A DNA stretch of 52,035 nucleotides from an uncultured Piscirickettsiaceae bacterium. Its GTDB lineage: Bacteria; Pseudomonadota; Gammaproteobacteria; GCF-002020875. The notes below the pieces were generated by a model, which was not told the origin of the DNA, did no database searches, and worked only from the letters and a program-made list of their open reading frames with translations. The stretch's first letter is position 1. Every line of letters begins with the position of its first letter. Positions 35,571 to 44,489 of this stretch are shown here, one piece after another. The translations under genes and the position numbers were made by a program. Location of the stretch: NCBI GenBank assembly GCA_964416755.1, contig CAYQFH010000002.1:1-52035 (forward strand). The letters run 5' to 3'.

Positions 35571-36314
35571 CTATTCAAGCGTCAGCAGCATGCCATTTGT
35601 CTTCAGCCAGTCTCTGTGCAGACGGTAATCCGGGATAATCTGCTCTACATAGCGCCAGAACGATGCCGAGTGGTTGAGTTGAACAAGGTGTGCAAGCTCA
35701 TGTACCACGACATAATCAATCACTGCATCAGGTGCCATCACAACTCTCCAGTTGTAGGAGACTACGCCACGGGAGGAGCAGCTTCCCCAACGGGCACTGT
35801 AGGATTTGACCACCACCTGCTGCGGTTCCACCCCCATTCGGGCAGCATAGTGTGCCGTCTTGTCTGGCAACAGCCGTTGCGCCTGATTGCAGTACCACTG
35901 CTGCAACTGCCGGTGAACCTCCTGCACACGCTCATTGTGGTCTACTCCACCATCAAGAGAGACTTGAAAGCGGCCAGACTGCAGCTTCACTCCCCTCTCA
36001 ACTGATGCCTCAACAACCTTCAATGCATACGCTCTGCCACGATAGCGAAAGCGCTCACCATCCACATACTGTTTCGGCACAAGCACCGGAAGCGCGGCCT
36101 GACTGCGCAACTTCTCTCTGATCCACCGGCTCTTGCGGTCGATCAACCGCTGCAGCTCATGCTCGGACAGCCATTTGGGGACAACAATCTGAACCCGGCC
36201 AGCATTAACCTTGATGGTTGCACTCTTCCTGCGATTGGTACGTACCACCTCATACGAGAACTCAGAACGATGCCATTTCGTCCCCGACAATTGTTCAAAC
36301 AGCCGCTTGATCAT
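35571..36314 (-). CDS. YgjP-like (DUF45) M48-family metal-dependent hydrolase
   Basis: The VVHELAHLVQLNHSASFW zincin motif near the C-terminus. The start overlaps the upstream stop (TAATG). Confidence 0.8.
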   Translation of the reverse strand: MIKRLFEQLSGTKWHRSEFSYEVVRTNRRKSATIKVNAGRVQIVVPKWLSEHELQRLIDRKSRWIREKLRSQAALPVLVPKQYVDGERFRYRGRAYALKVVEASVERGVKLQSGRFQVSLDGGVDHNERVQEVHRQLQQWYCNQAQRLLPDKTAHYAARMGVEPQQVVVKSYSARWGSCSSRGVVSYNWRVVMAPDAVIDYVVVHELAHLVQLNHSASFWRYVEQIIPDYRLHRDWLKTNGMLLTLE

Positions 36315-36799
36315 TACTCCACCTGCAGCACCATGGTTCCGCTCCGCTGCTGAATAGAGAGACGCTTGAGAAAATTCATCCCCAGCAGTGGCTGTTTCAA
36401 CTCCGGTACCACAACAGCAGCAACATGATTCTGCTCAATCACCGAAAATCGAACCGAGTCAACCATCACCTTGTGTGCAGTCACCTGACCGGCCGCCGTC
36501 TCCAGCAACACCCGACTGGAGGGTGTTGCCGTATCCAGCTTCAAGGTATGGGCCATTGACAATGGAATCGAGAGATAACTGGCCCCGGTATCCACCAGAA
36601 ATTCGACAGGTACACCATTGATCGCCCCTTTTCCGCGAAAGTGGCCTGAGCGATCTGCATGGAGTGTGACTGTTGCCCCCTGCCCGGAGACCATCACCTG
36701 CGGTGGTGGGCTCTCGATCAGTACCGAAAAGAGCATATAAATCAGCACAAAGGCCAATAGCACATAGAGCAGATCCCGCAATCTTGTCGTAGACGCCAT
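36314..36799 (-). CDS. Membrane-anchored retropepsin-like (clan AA) aspartic protease
   Basis: N-terminal TM, then FLVDTGASYLSIP (D-T-G active-site motif). Confidence 0.75.
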   Translation of the reverse strand: MASTTRLRDLLYVLLAFVLIYMLFSVLIESPPPQVMVSGQGATVTLHADRSGHFRGKGAINGVPVEFLVDTGASYLSIPLSMAHTLKLDTATPSSRVLLETAAGQVTAHKVMVDSVRFSVIEQNHVAAVVVPELKQPLLGMNFLKRLSIQQRSGTMVLQVE

Positions 36800-36840
36800 T
36801 GGTTATCTCAATCCATCAATGTATACAGCAGGCAGCCTGA

Positions 36841-39800
36841 TCACAACGAACCGGCCAGCATCTGATAGTGGTTGAAACGGGCACTCACCTCCTCCTGTGC
36901 CTGCTGTTGCAGTGCTTCAGCCTCCTTCGGATGGCTGCGTAACAGCGCATTGAAACGCTCCTCCCCCTGCATGAACTCGGCATAGGCGCGTGTCGGCGGT
37001 TTGGAGTCCAGCTGCATCGGGCTCTTCCCTTGATCACGTCGACGAGGATCATATCGAAACAGCGGCCAGTGTCCACTCTCGACCGCCAGCCGCTGGCGGT
37101 TATGGTTTTCACCCAACTCCACCCCGTGGGCGGTACAAGGGGCATAGGCGATAATCATGGAAGTCCCCGGGTAGGACTCCGCTTCCAAAAATGTTTTCAG
37201 TGTCTGCATATCCCTGGCCCCATAGGCTACCTGCCCGACATAGACGTTGCCATAGCTGATGGCGACATCGGCCAGATTCTTCTTGGCCGACATCTTGCCA
37301 CCCGCAGAGAACTTGGCAACCGCACCACGGGGAGTCGCCTTGGAGGTCTGCCCACCGGTATTGGAGTAGACCTCGGTATCGAGCACCAGAATATTGAGAT
37401 CACGCCCGGAGGCAAGCGCATGATCCACGCCACCAAATCCGATATCATAGGCCCAACCGTCACCACCGATAATCCAGACACTGCGGCGCACCAACACCTC
37501 GATCAGTTCATCCAGTGCCAACGCCTCTTCAGTGCCAACCTGATAGAGAAGCTCACTCAACTGCTCCACCGACAGACGCTGTTGATAGATACCGCTCTCA
37601 CTACTCTGATCACGACTCAATAGCTCGTCAACCATGCGCTCACCCAGCTCTGCCCGCATCTGCAGCAATCCATCCTTCACCTCATCCAGTTGGTGATCGA
37701 GCGCAATACGCATTCCCATTCCAAACTCGGCATTATCCTCAAACAGCGAATTGTTCCACGCCGGACCACGCCCCTCCGTGGTCACTGTCCATGGGGTTGT
37801 CGGCAGATTACCTCCATAGATTGATGAGCAACCAGTCGCATTGGCCACCAGCATACGCTCTCCAAACAGCTGGCTGGCAAGACGGACATAAGGGGTTTCA
37901 GCACACCCGGTACAGGCACCGGAGAACTCAAACAACGGCTGAAACAGCATCGCCCCTTTCAACGTGTTGGGTCGCACCAGTGTACGATCATACTCCGGCA
38001 GTTTCCGAAAGAACTCCCAGTTGGCACATTCCTGTTCCAGCAGCATCTGTTCAACTGGCACCATATCCAATGCTTTGTGACCCGGATTCTGCCTGTCCTC
38101 TACCGGACAAACCTCCACACAGAGGCCGCAGCCTGTACAATCTTCCGGGGCAACCTGATAACTGATCTGGATCTGCGGCGCGAACTCCTTGCCCTTGGCC
38201 GGGGCATACTTGAATCCTGCCGGACTCTGTACGGCATGTTCCAGATCAAATACCTTGCTACGAATCGCCGAGTGCGGACAGACAAAGGGGCATTTTCCAC
38301 AGTCGATACAGAGCCTCTCATCCCAACACGGAATCTCCAATGCCAGGTTACGTTTCTCCCATTGGGTCGTACCTGTTGGCCAGGTACCATCCTGGGGAAA
38401 GACACTCACCGGCAACTGCTCTCCATCCCCTGCAATCAACACTGCAGTGACCTGTTGCACAAATGGCGGAGCATCCTCCGGTACCGGCTGCACCAGCTCC
38501 AATGTTGAAGTTGCCCGCTCTGGCACCACAACCGGGTAGAGGTGGTTGAGCGCAGCATCAATGGCATTGAAATTCTGCTGCACCACCGCCTCCCCTTTCT
38601 TGCCGTAACTCTGCTCCACTGCACGCTTCATCGCAGCAATTGCTACTGCAGGCGGCAACACTTCGGAGATTGCAAAAAAGCAGCTCTGCATCACGGTGTT
38701 GACCCGCTTACCCATCCCCACACCGGCTGCAACGCGAGAGGCATCAATCACATAGAGGCGCAACTTCCGGTCAATCACAACCTGTTGCTGTGAACGGGGC
38801 AGCGTATCCCACACGCTCTCAGGCGACTGACTGCTATTGAGTAGAAATACTGCTCCCGGTTTTGCCATCTCCGCCATTCTGTAACGGGTGAGAAAGCGCT
38901 CCTGATGACAGGCGACAAAATCGGCCTCTCCCCCGGTAATCAGATAGGAGGAGCGTACCGGAGTGTCCCCAAAACGAAGATGTGAGATGGTGACTGCTCC
39001 ACTCTTCTTCGAATCGTAGACAAAATATCCCTGACCGTAGCGATCCGACTCTTCACCAATGATCTTGATCGCATTGCGGTTGGCACTGACCGTGCCATCA
39101 CTCCCCAGACCGTAGAAGAGCGCCTTGAACTGGTTCTGTACGGCATCGGGACGGAAGTTCCTCTCCCACTGAAGACTACTTCCCGTCACATCATCCTCAA
39201 TTCCAACGGTAAATGAGGGTTTGGGCTGGCGCTCAAGCATCTCGAAGATCGCTTTCACCATCGCTGGTGTAAACTCCTTGGAGGAGATCCCGTAGCGCCC
39301 CCCCACAATCTGCGGCATCTCGCCCTTCCACAGTGCCTCCCGGCCAATATTCATCGCCAACGCTGTCACCACATCCTTGTAGAGCGGTTCACCACCGGCA
39401 CCCGGCTCTTTCATTCTGTCCAGCACAGCCATCCGTTTTATGTTGCCCGGCAATACCTGCAACAGATGTTTTGCCGAGAAGGGGCGATAGAGTCTCACCT
39501 TTACCAACCCGACTCTCTCTCCCCGTGCGACCAGGTGCTCAACCGTCTCCTCTGCTGCACCAACACCGGAGCCCATCAATACAATGACGCGCTCTGCATT
39601 CGCTGCACCAACATAGTCAAACAGACGATAGCGACGTCCAGTCAACGTCATGAAACGCTCCATTGCTTTTTCGACAAGCTCCGGTGCCCTCTCATACCAC
39701 GGAGTGATTGCCTCACGCTGCTGAAAGAAGGTATCAGGATTTTGCGAGGTACCACGCACTACGGGATGATCCGGGTTCATTGCACGTTGTCGATGCTGAT

Positions 39801-40389
39801 GGATCGCAGATTCACTCAACATTGAACGGATTACTTCAACCGGAATCTCATCAACCCGGTTGATCTCATGGGAGGTTCGGAAGCCATCAAAGAAGTGCAA
39901 GAATGGGATGCGTGAGGAGAGCGAGACGGACTGTGCAATCAATGCAAAATCGTGTGCCTCTTGAACTGAACTTGCCGCCAACATCGCAAATCCGGTACCA
40001 CGCACTGCCATCACATCACTATGGTCACCAAAGATGGAGAGTGCATGGGTCGCCAACGTACGGGCCGAAACATGAAAGACTGTCGGTGTCAGCTCGCCAG
40101 CAATCTTGTACATATTAGGAATCATCAGTAGCAGCCCCTGCGAGGCGGTAAAGGTGGTAGCCAGCGCGCCACCCTGCAAAGCACCATGAATCGCCCCTGC
40201 AGCACCTGCCTCACTCTGCATTTCGATCACCTCGGGTACATTGCCCCAGATATTCCTCTTTCCTGCTGCAGACCAGACATCGGAGAGCTCTCCCATCGGT
40301 GATGCTGGCGTAATGGGATAGATTGCAATCACCTCATTGGTCTGGTGTGCAATCCGGGCAACCGCCTCATTTCCATCCATCATTGCCAT
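36841..40389 (-). CDS. nifJ: Pyruvate:ferredoxin (flavodoxin) oxidoreductase, NifJ/YdbK type
   Basis: 1182 aa in a single chain, with two 4Fe-4S ferredoxin motifs (CIDCGKCPFVCP, CTGCGLCVEVCP) and the TPP-binding GGDGWAYDIG. Confidence 0.95.
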   Translation of the reverse strand: MAMMDGNEAVARIAHQTNEVIAIYPITPASPMGELSDVWSAAGKRNIWGNVPEVIEMQSEAGAAGAIHGALQGGALATTFTASQGLLLMIPNMYKIAGELTPTVFHVSARTLATHALSIFGDHSDVMAVRGTGFAMLAASSVQEAHDFALIAQSVSLSSRIPFLHFFDGFRTSHEINRVDEIPVEVIRSMLSESAIHQHRQRAMNPDHPVVRGTSQNPDTFFQQREAITPWYERAPELVEKAMERFMTLTGRRYRLFDYVGAANAERVIVLMGSGVGAAEETVEHLVARGERVGLVKVRLYRPFSAKHLLQVLPGNIKRMAVLDRMKEPGAGGEPLYKDVVTALAMNIGREALWKGEMPQIVGGRYGISSKEFTPAMVKAIFEMLERQPKPSFTVGIEDDVTGSSLQWERNFRPDAVQNQFKALFYGLGSDGTVSANRNAIKIIGEESDRYGQGYFVYDSKKSGAVTISHLRFGDTPVRSSYLITGGEADFVACHQERFLTRYRMAEMAKPGAVFLLNSSQSPESVWDTLPRSQQQVVIDRKLRLYVIDASRVAAGVGMGKRVNTVMQSCFFAISEVLPPAVAIAAMKRAVEQSYGKKGEAVVQQNFNAIDAALNHLYPVVVPERATSTLELVQPVPEDAPPFVQQVTAVLIAGDGEQLPVSVFPQDGTWPTGTTQWEKRNLALEIPCWDERLCIDCGKCPFVCPHSAIRSKVFDLEHAVQSPAGFKYAPAKGKEFAPQIQISYQVAPEDCTGCGLCVEVCPVEDRQNPGHKALDMVPVEQMLLEQECANWEFFRKLPEYDRTLVRPNTLKGAMLFQPLFEFSGACTGCAETPYVRLASQLFGERMLVANATGCSSIYGGNLPTTPWTVTTEGRGPAWNNSLFEDNAEFGMGMRIALDHQLDEVKDGLLQMRAELGERMVDELLSRDQSSESGIYQQRLSVEQLSELLYQVGTEEALALDELIEVLVRRSVWIIGGDGWAYDIGFGGVDHALASGRDLNILVLDTEVYSNTGGQTSKATPRGAVAKFSAGGKMSAKKNLADVAISYGNVYVGQVAYGARDMQTLKTFLEAESYPGTSMIIAYAPCTAHGVELGENHNRQRLAVESGHWPLFRYDPRRRDQGKSPMQLDSKPPTRAYAEFMQGEERFNALLRSHPKEAEALQQQAQEEVSARFNHYQMLAGSL

Positions 40390-40469
40390 TTCGATCTCTC
40401 TCTGACTTTTTCATATCCAACCATACCACCCACACCTCACCATTCAACCTTTGCGGTATAGTTGAACCA

Positions 40470-42164
40470 ATGGGAGCTCACACCAAATCACTCAAAATTC
40501 TGCTGCTGACTCACAGTTTCAACGGCCTGAGCCAGCGGCTGTTTGTCGATTTGCGATGTACCGGACATCAACTCTCTGTGGAGCTCGATATCAATGACCG
40601 CATGACCCAGGAGGCCATTGATCTATTTCAGCCGGACCTGCTGCTCGCCCCCTTTCTCAAGCGTCCGATACCGGAGTCGATCTGGAGCCAGTTGCCCTGC
40701 CTGATCATCCACCCCGGCCCGGCAGGTGAACGTGGCCCAGCCTCACTGGACTGGGCGATTCTCCATCGTGAAAACGAATGGGGGGTTACCCTGCTGCAGG
40801 CAAACGAGATCATGGATGGTGGCCCCATCTGGGGAGAGGCACCCTTTCCCATGCGCAACGCTTCCAAAGGGAGCCACTATCGTCACGAAGTGGCTGAAGC
40901 TGCCAGCCAGATCACCCTACAGGCACTCTCATCATGGATTGATGGCAACCTCCAGCCACGCTCTCAGAAACAGCTCAACACTCCAATCGGAGAACGTCCC
41001 TGGATGCAACAGCAGCAGCGTGCAATCGACTGGCAGCAAGACTCTCAAGAGACTGTGCTGCGCAAAATTTACTCTGCCGATGGAAGCCCCGGCCTACTGG
41101 ACTCAATCTGCGGTAGAGCATTCTATCTTTATGATGCACATCCTGAGAACCATCACAGTGGCGCTCCCGGAGAGATCATCGGGCGACATGGCCCGGCCAT
41201 CTGTCGCGCTACTGCAGATGGCAAAGGGGTATGGATCGGCCATCTGCGGGAGAAAGAGGGGAAATTCCCCTTCAAATTACCGGCCACACACCTGCTCTCC
41301 GAAACGGTGGCAAAGAATCCGGAAATCGACAGTGACTACCACGAAATCAAATACCGGGAGATCGATAACATCGGCCTGCTCCACTTCAACTTCTACAATG
41401 GAGCGATGTCAGCTCATCGCTGTCAACAGCTGCAGCAGGCACTGCAACAGGCAAAAGCGCGCCCTACACAAGCCATTCTGCTGTTTGGCGGTGAGGAGTA
41501 CTGGTCCAACGGCATGGATCTCAACCAGATCGAGGCTGCCGAGAGCGCCGCAGACGCCTCCTGGGAGAACATCAATGCGATGGATGATCTTGCACTGGAG
41601 ATCATCAACACCAGACAACTGACCATCAGTGCACTGCAGGGCAATGCCGCTGCCGGTGGCGTCTTTCTGGCACGTGCAGCCGACCGGGTCTGGGCACGTA
41701 GTGGAGTAATTCTCAATCCCCACTACAAGGATATGGGCAACCTGCATGGCTCTGAATACTGGAGTTATCTCCTCCCCCGTTACTGTGGAGAGAGTCATGC
41801 CAGACAGATCATGCAGGCACGACTGCCGATGGGTACGGCAGAAGCGATGCAGTTGAGATTGATTGATGACCACTTTTCTGGAACACATGAACAATTTCGC
41901 CAACACTGCATGGATCAAGTCCACAATCTGATCCGCCAACCTGACTTCTCACATACCCTGGAACAGAAACTTCAGCACCGACTAGCGGATGAGGCGGAGC
42001 GGCCACTCTCCAGCTATCGTGATACTGAATTGGAACAGATGAAGCGCAACTTCTACGGCTTCGACCCCAGCTACCACATTGCACGCTACAACTTTGTCCA
42101 CAAAGTGCCCAAGTCACGCACTCCTATCACCCTTGCCAACCACCGACAACAGGGAAAACCATGA
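40470..42164 (+). CDS. hypX: HypX/HoxX hydrogenase maturation protein (formyltransferase-like N-domain plus enoyl-CoA hydratase-like C-domain)
   Basis: The ATG at 40470 gives MGAHTKSLKILLLTHSFNGLSQRL. A formyltransferase-like IIHPGPAGERGPASLDWAI block is present, and the crotonase-like C half contains GNAAAGGVFLA. The upstream part of the ORF-track ORF overlaps the nifJ start region. Confidence 0.8.
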   Translation: MGAHTKSLKILLLTHSFNGLSQRLFVDLRCTGHQLSVELDINDRMTQEAIDLFQPDLLLAPFLKRPIPESIWSQLPCLIIHPGPAGERGPASLDWAILHRENEWGVTLLQANEIMDGGPIWGEAPFPMRNASKGSHYRHEVAEAASQITLQALSSWIDGNLQPRSQKQLNTPIGERPWMQQQQRAIDWQQDSQETVLRKIYSADGSPGLLDSICGRAFYLYDAHPENHHSGAPGEIIGRHGPAICRATADGKGVWIGHLREKEGKFPFKLPATHLLSETVAKNPEIDSDYHEIKYREIDNIGLLHFNFYNGAMSAHRCQQLQQALQQAKARPTQAILLFGGEEYWSNGMDLNQIEAAESAADASWENINAMDDLALEIINTRQLTISALQGNAAAGGVFLARAADRVWARSGVILNPHYKDMGNLHGSEYWSYLLPRYCGESHARQIMQARLPMGTAEAMQLRLIDDHFSGTHEQFRQHCMDQVHNLIRQPDFSHTLEQKLQHRLADEAERPLSSYRDTELEQMKRNFYGFDPSYHIARYNFVHKVPKSRTPITLANHRQQGKP

Positions 42165-44485
42165 AAGGGGTTACCATTCAGGTGAACGGAGTTGTACAGG
42201 GGGTGGGGTTTCGCCCCACGGTCTGGAAGATCGCCAACCAACTGAAGCTGACCGGAACTGTCTGGAATGGGGCAGACGGGGTCACCATCGAGTTGTGGGG
42301 GGCAGAGCAACCACTGGAACAGTTCATCCAGCAGCTGCAGCAGGAGCCTCCCCCACTCGCAATCATCGAAGAGATCCACACTTCACCCCTACGGGGGAGC
42401 GCACCCGACCGGTTCACCATCACCGAGAGCCATGATGGAACGGTAACTACCGGGGTAGCGGCCGATGCTGCCACCTGTACTGCCTGCCTTGAAGATATTC
42501 ACGATCCGGAAAACCGCCGCTACCACTACCCCTTCACCAACTGCACCCACTGCGGCCCCCGTCTCTCGATCATCCGTGCAATCCCCTATGATCGCCCCAA
42601 CACCTCAATGGCCCCTTTTCTCCTCTGTCCCGATTGCGACCGGGAGTACAGAGATCCGGCAGACCGACGTTTCCACGCTCAGCCCAACTGCTGCCCGGTA
42701 TGTGGACCTAAACTCTGGCTGGAAGATCGACAACAGCAGCAGCTCAAAGGTAATCCCATTCAACAGGCTGCTGAACAACTCAAGCAGGGAAACATTGTGG
42801 CAATCAAGGGGATTGGCGGCATCCACCTCGCCTGTGATGCAACCAACGAAACCGCCGTCGTCAAACTACGTCAACGCAAGTTGCGCCCCACCAAGGCGCT
42901 GGCAGTAATGGTTCGTTCCAAGGCAGAGGCCCTGCGCTATGCAACACCGTCTGCTCAAGAGATTGAGGTGCTGCAGAGCCGCGCTGCCCCTATCGTCATC
43001 CTGGACAAGGGGGTAGAGCCGCTCGCCCCCTCCATTGCACCACTACAACAGAGCATCGGAATCATGCTCCCCTATTCGCCACTCCACCATCTGCTGATGG
43101 AAACGGTAGAGCGCCCCATTGTATTGACCTCCGGCAACCTCAGCGGACAACCGCAATGTATTCACAACCAAGATGCACGTGATGAATTGAACACCATTGC
43201 AGACTACTGGCTGCTGCATGATCGCGAGATCATCAATCGGGTGGATGACTCTGTGGTACGACTGATTGACGGCAGCATACGCACACTACGCCATGCACGC
43301 GGCTATGCCCCTGAGACGCTCACGCTCCCGGATGGATTTGAAGAGAGCCCCGATCTGCTGGCCATGGGTGGAGAGCTCAAAAATGGATTTGCACTACTAC
43401 GTGGCAACCAGATCACCCCCTCTCAATATATCGGTGACCTGGAAGAGCCGACGGTTCTACAGGAGTACCGACATACCCACCAACTTTTCCAGCAGCTGTT
43501 TGACCACCATCCCACTGCCATTGCTGTAGACCAACACCCGGACTATCTACCGACGCAACTGGGTACACAGTGGGCTACCGAACAGCAGATCCCACTGATT
43601 TCTGTGCAGCACCACCACGCTCATATTGCAGCGGTGATGGTTGAACAACAGCTACCACTGGATACCCCACCCCTGCTCGGCATTGCTCTGGATGGGCTCG
43701 GCTACGGTGAAAACGGCGAGATCTGGGGGGGAGAGTTTCTGCTAACCCGATACACCGACTACCGCAGGGTGGGGCGCGTTGCTCCGATTGCAATGCCTGG
43801 TGGTGCCAAAGCGAGTCGTGAACCGTGGAGAAACAGTGCCGCTCACCTGCTGGCTACAGTCGGTCTGGAAGCACTGTTCTCGGAGCACAAAACGCTAGAA
43901 CTGATTCAATATCTGCAGCAGAAACCACTCACCACACTGCAGCAGATGGTTAGCAGACAACTCAACAGCCCTCCGGCTTCGTCTTGTGGCCGACTGATTG
44001 ATGCCGTTGCTGCAGCAGTCGGCATCTGCCGCGAGCAACTCAGTTTTGAGGGGGAAGCAGCCATTGCGCTGGAGTCGCTGGCTGAGAAAGTAGATGACTC
44101 CGCACATTACCCCTGCCAGATCATTCAAACAGGTCCGGAACTACTGCAGCTGGAGTGGGGACCACTCTGGCAAGCCATTCTGGAGGATATCCACAAAAAG
44201 TGTACCAGAGAGCGTATCGCCGCCCGCTTTCACAACAGTCTGATTCATGCGATCACGACTATGGCGCTACAACTCTGTGAAACACATCAACTGAAGACCG
44301 TGGCGCTGGGGGGTGGGGTGTTTCAGAATCGTATCCTGCTGGAAGGAATCTCTGCTCAGCTTCGTCAACAGAGATTGCATGTGCTCAGTGCAGAAAAAAC
44401 ACCATCCAATGATCAGGGCATTGCCAATGGACAGTGTGCCATTGCCGCTGCACGCGCCATTACAGGCTCCCAACAGTTAAAGTAA
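42161..44485 (+). CDS. hypF: Carbamoyltransferase HypF
   Basis: Acylphosphatase domain (VQGVGFRPTVWKIA), four CxxC zinc-finger motifs, then YrdC-like and Kae1-like domains. An ATGA overlap links it to hypX. Confidence 0.95.
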   Translation: MKGVTIQVNGVVQGVGFRPTVWKIANQLKLTGTVWNGADGVTIELWGAEQPLEQFIQQLQQEPPPLAIIEEIHTSPLRGSAPDRFTITESHDGTVTTGVAADAATCTACLEDIHDPENRRYHYPFTNCTHCGPRLSIIRAIPYDRPNTSMAPFLLCPDCDREYRDPADRRFHAQPNCCPVCGPKLWLEDRQQQQLKGNPIQQAAEQLKQGNIVAIKGIGGIHLACDATNETAVVKLRQRKLRPTKALAVMVRSKAEALRYATPSAQEIEVLQSRAAPIVILDKGVEPLAPSIAPLQQSIGIMLPYSPLHHLLMETVERPIVLTSGNLSGQPQCIHNQDARDELNTIADYWLLHDREIINRVDDSVVRLIDGSIRTLRHARGYAPETLTLPDGFEESPDLLAMGGELKNGFALLRGNQITPSQYIGDLEEPTVLQEYRHTHQLFQQLFDHHPTAIAVDQHPDYLPTQLGTQWATEQQIPLISVQHHHAHIAAVMVEQQLPLDTPPLLGIALDGLGYGENGEIWGGEFLLTRYTDYRRVGRVAPIAMPGGAKASREPWRNSAAHLLATVGLEALFSEHKTLELIQYLQQKPLTTLQQMVSRQLNSPPASSCGRLIDAVAAAVGICREQLSFEGEAAIALESLAEKVDDSAHYPCQIIQTGPELLQLEWGPLWQAILEDIHKKCTRERIAARFHNSLIHAITTMALQLCETHQLKTVALGGGVFQNRILLEGISAQLRQQRLHVLSAEKTPSNDQGIANGQCAIAAARAITGSQQLK

Positions 44486-44489
44486 CCGC

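Noticed and set aside
40323-40469. N-terminal 49-aa extension of the hypX ORF in the track.
   Set aside because: The extension overlaps the nifJ start region and has no HypX-like sequence. The ATG at 40470 gives the typical MGAHTKSLKILLLTHSFNG formyltransferase-like start.
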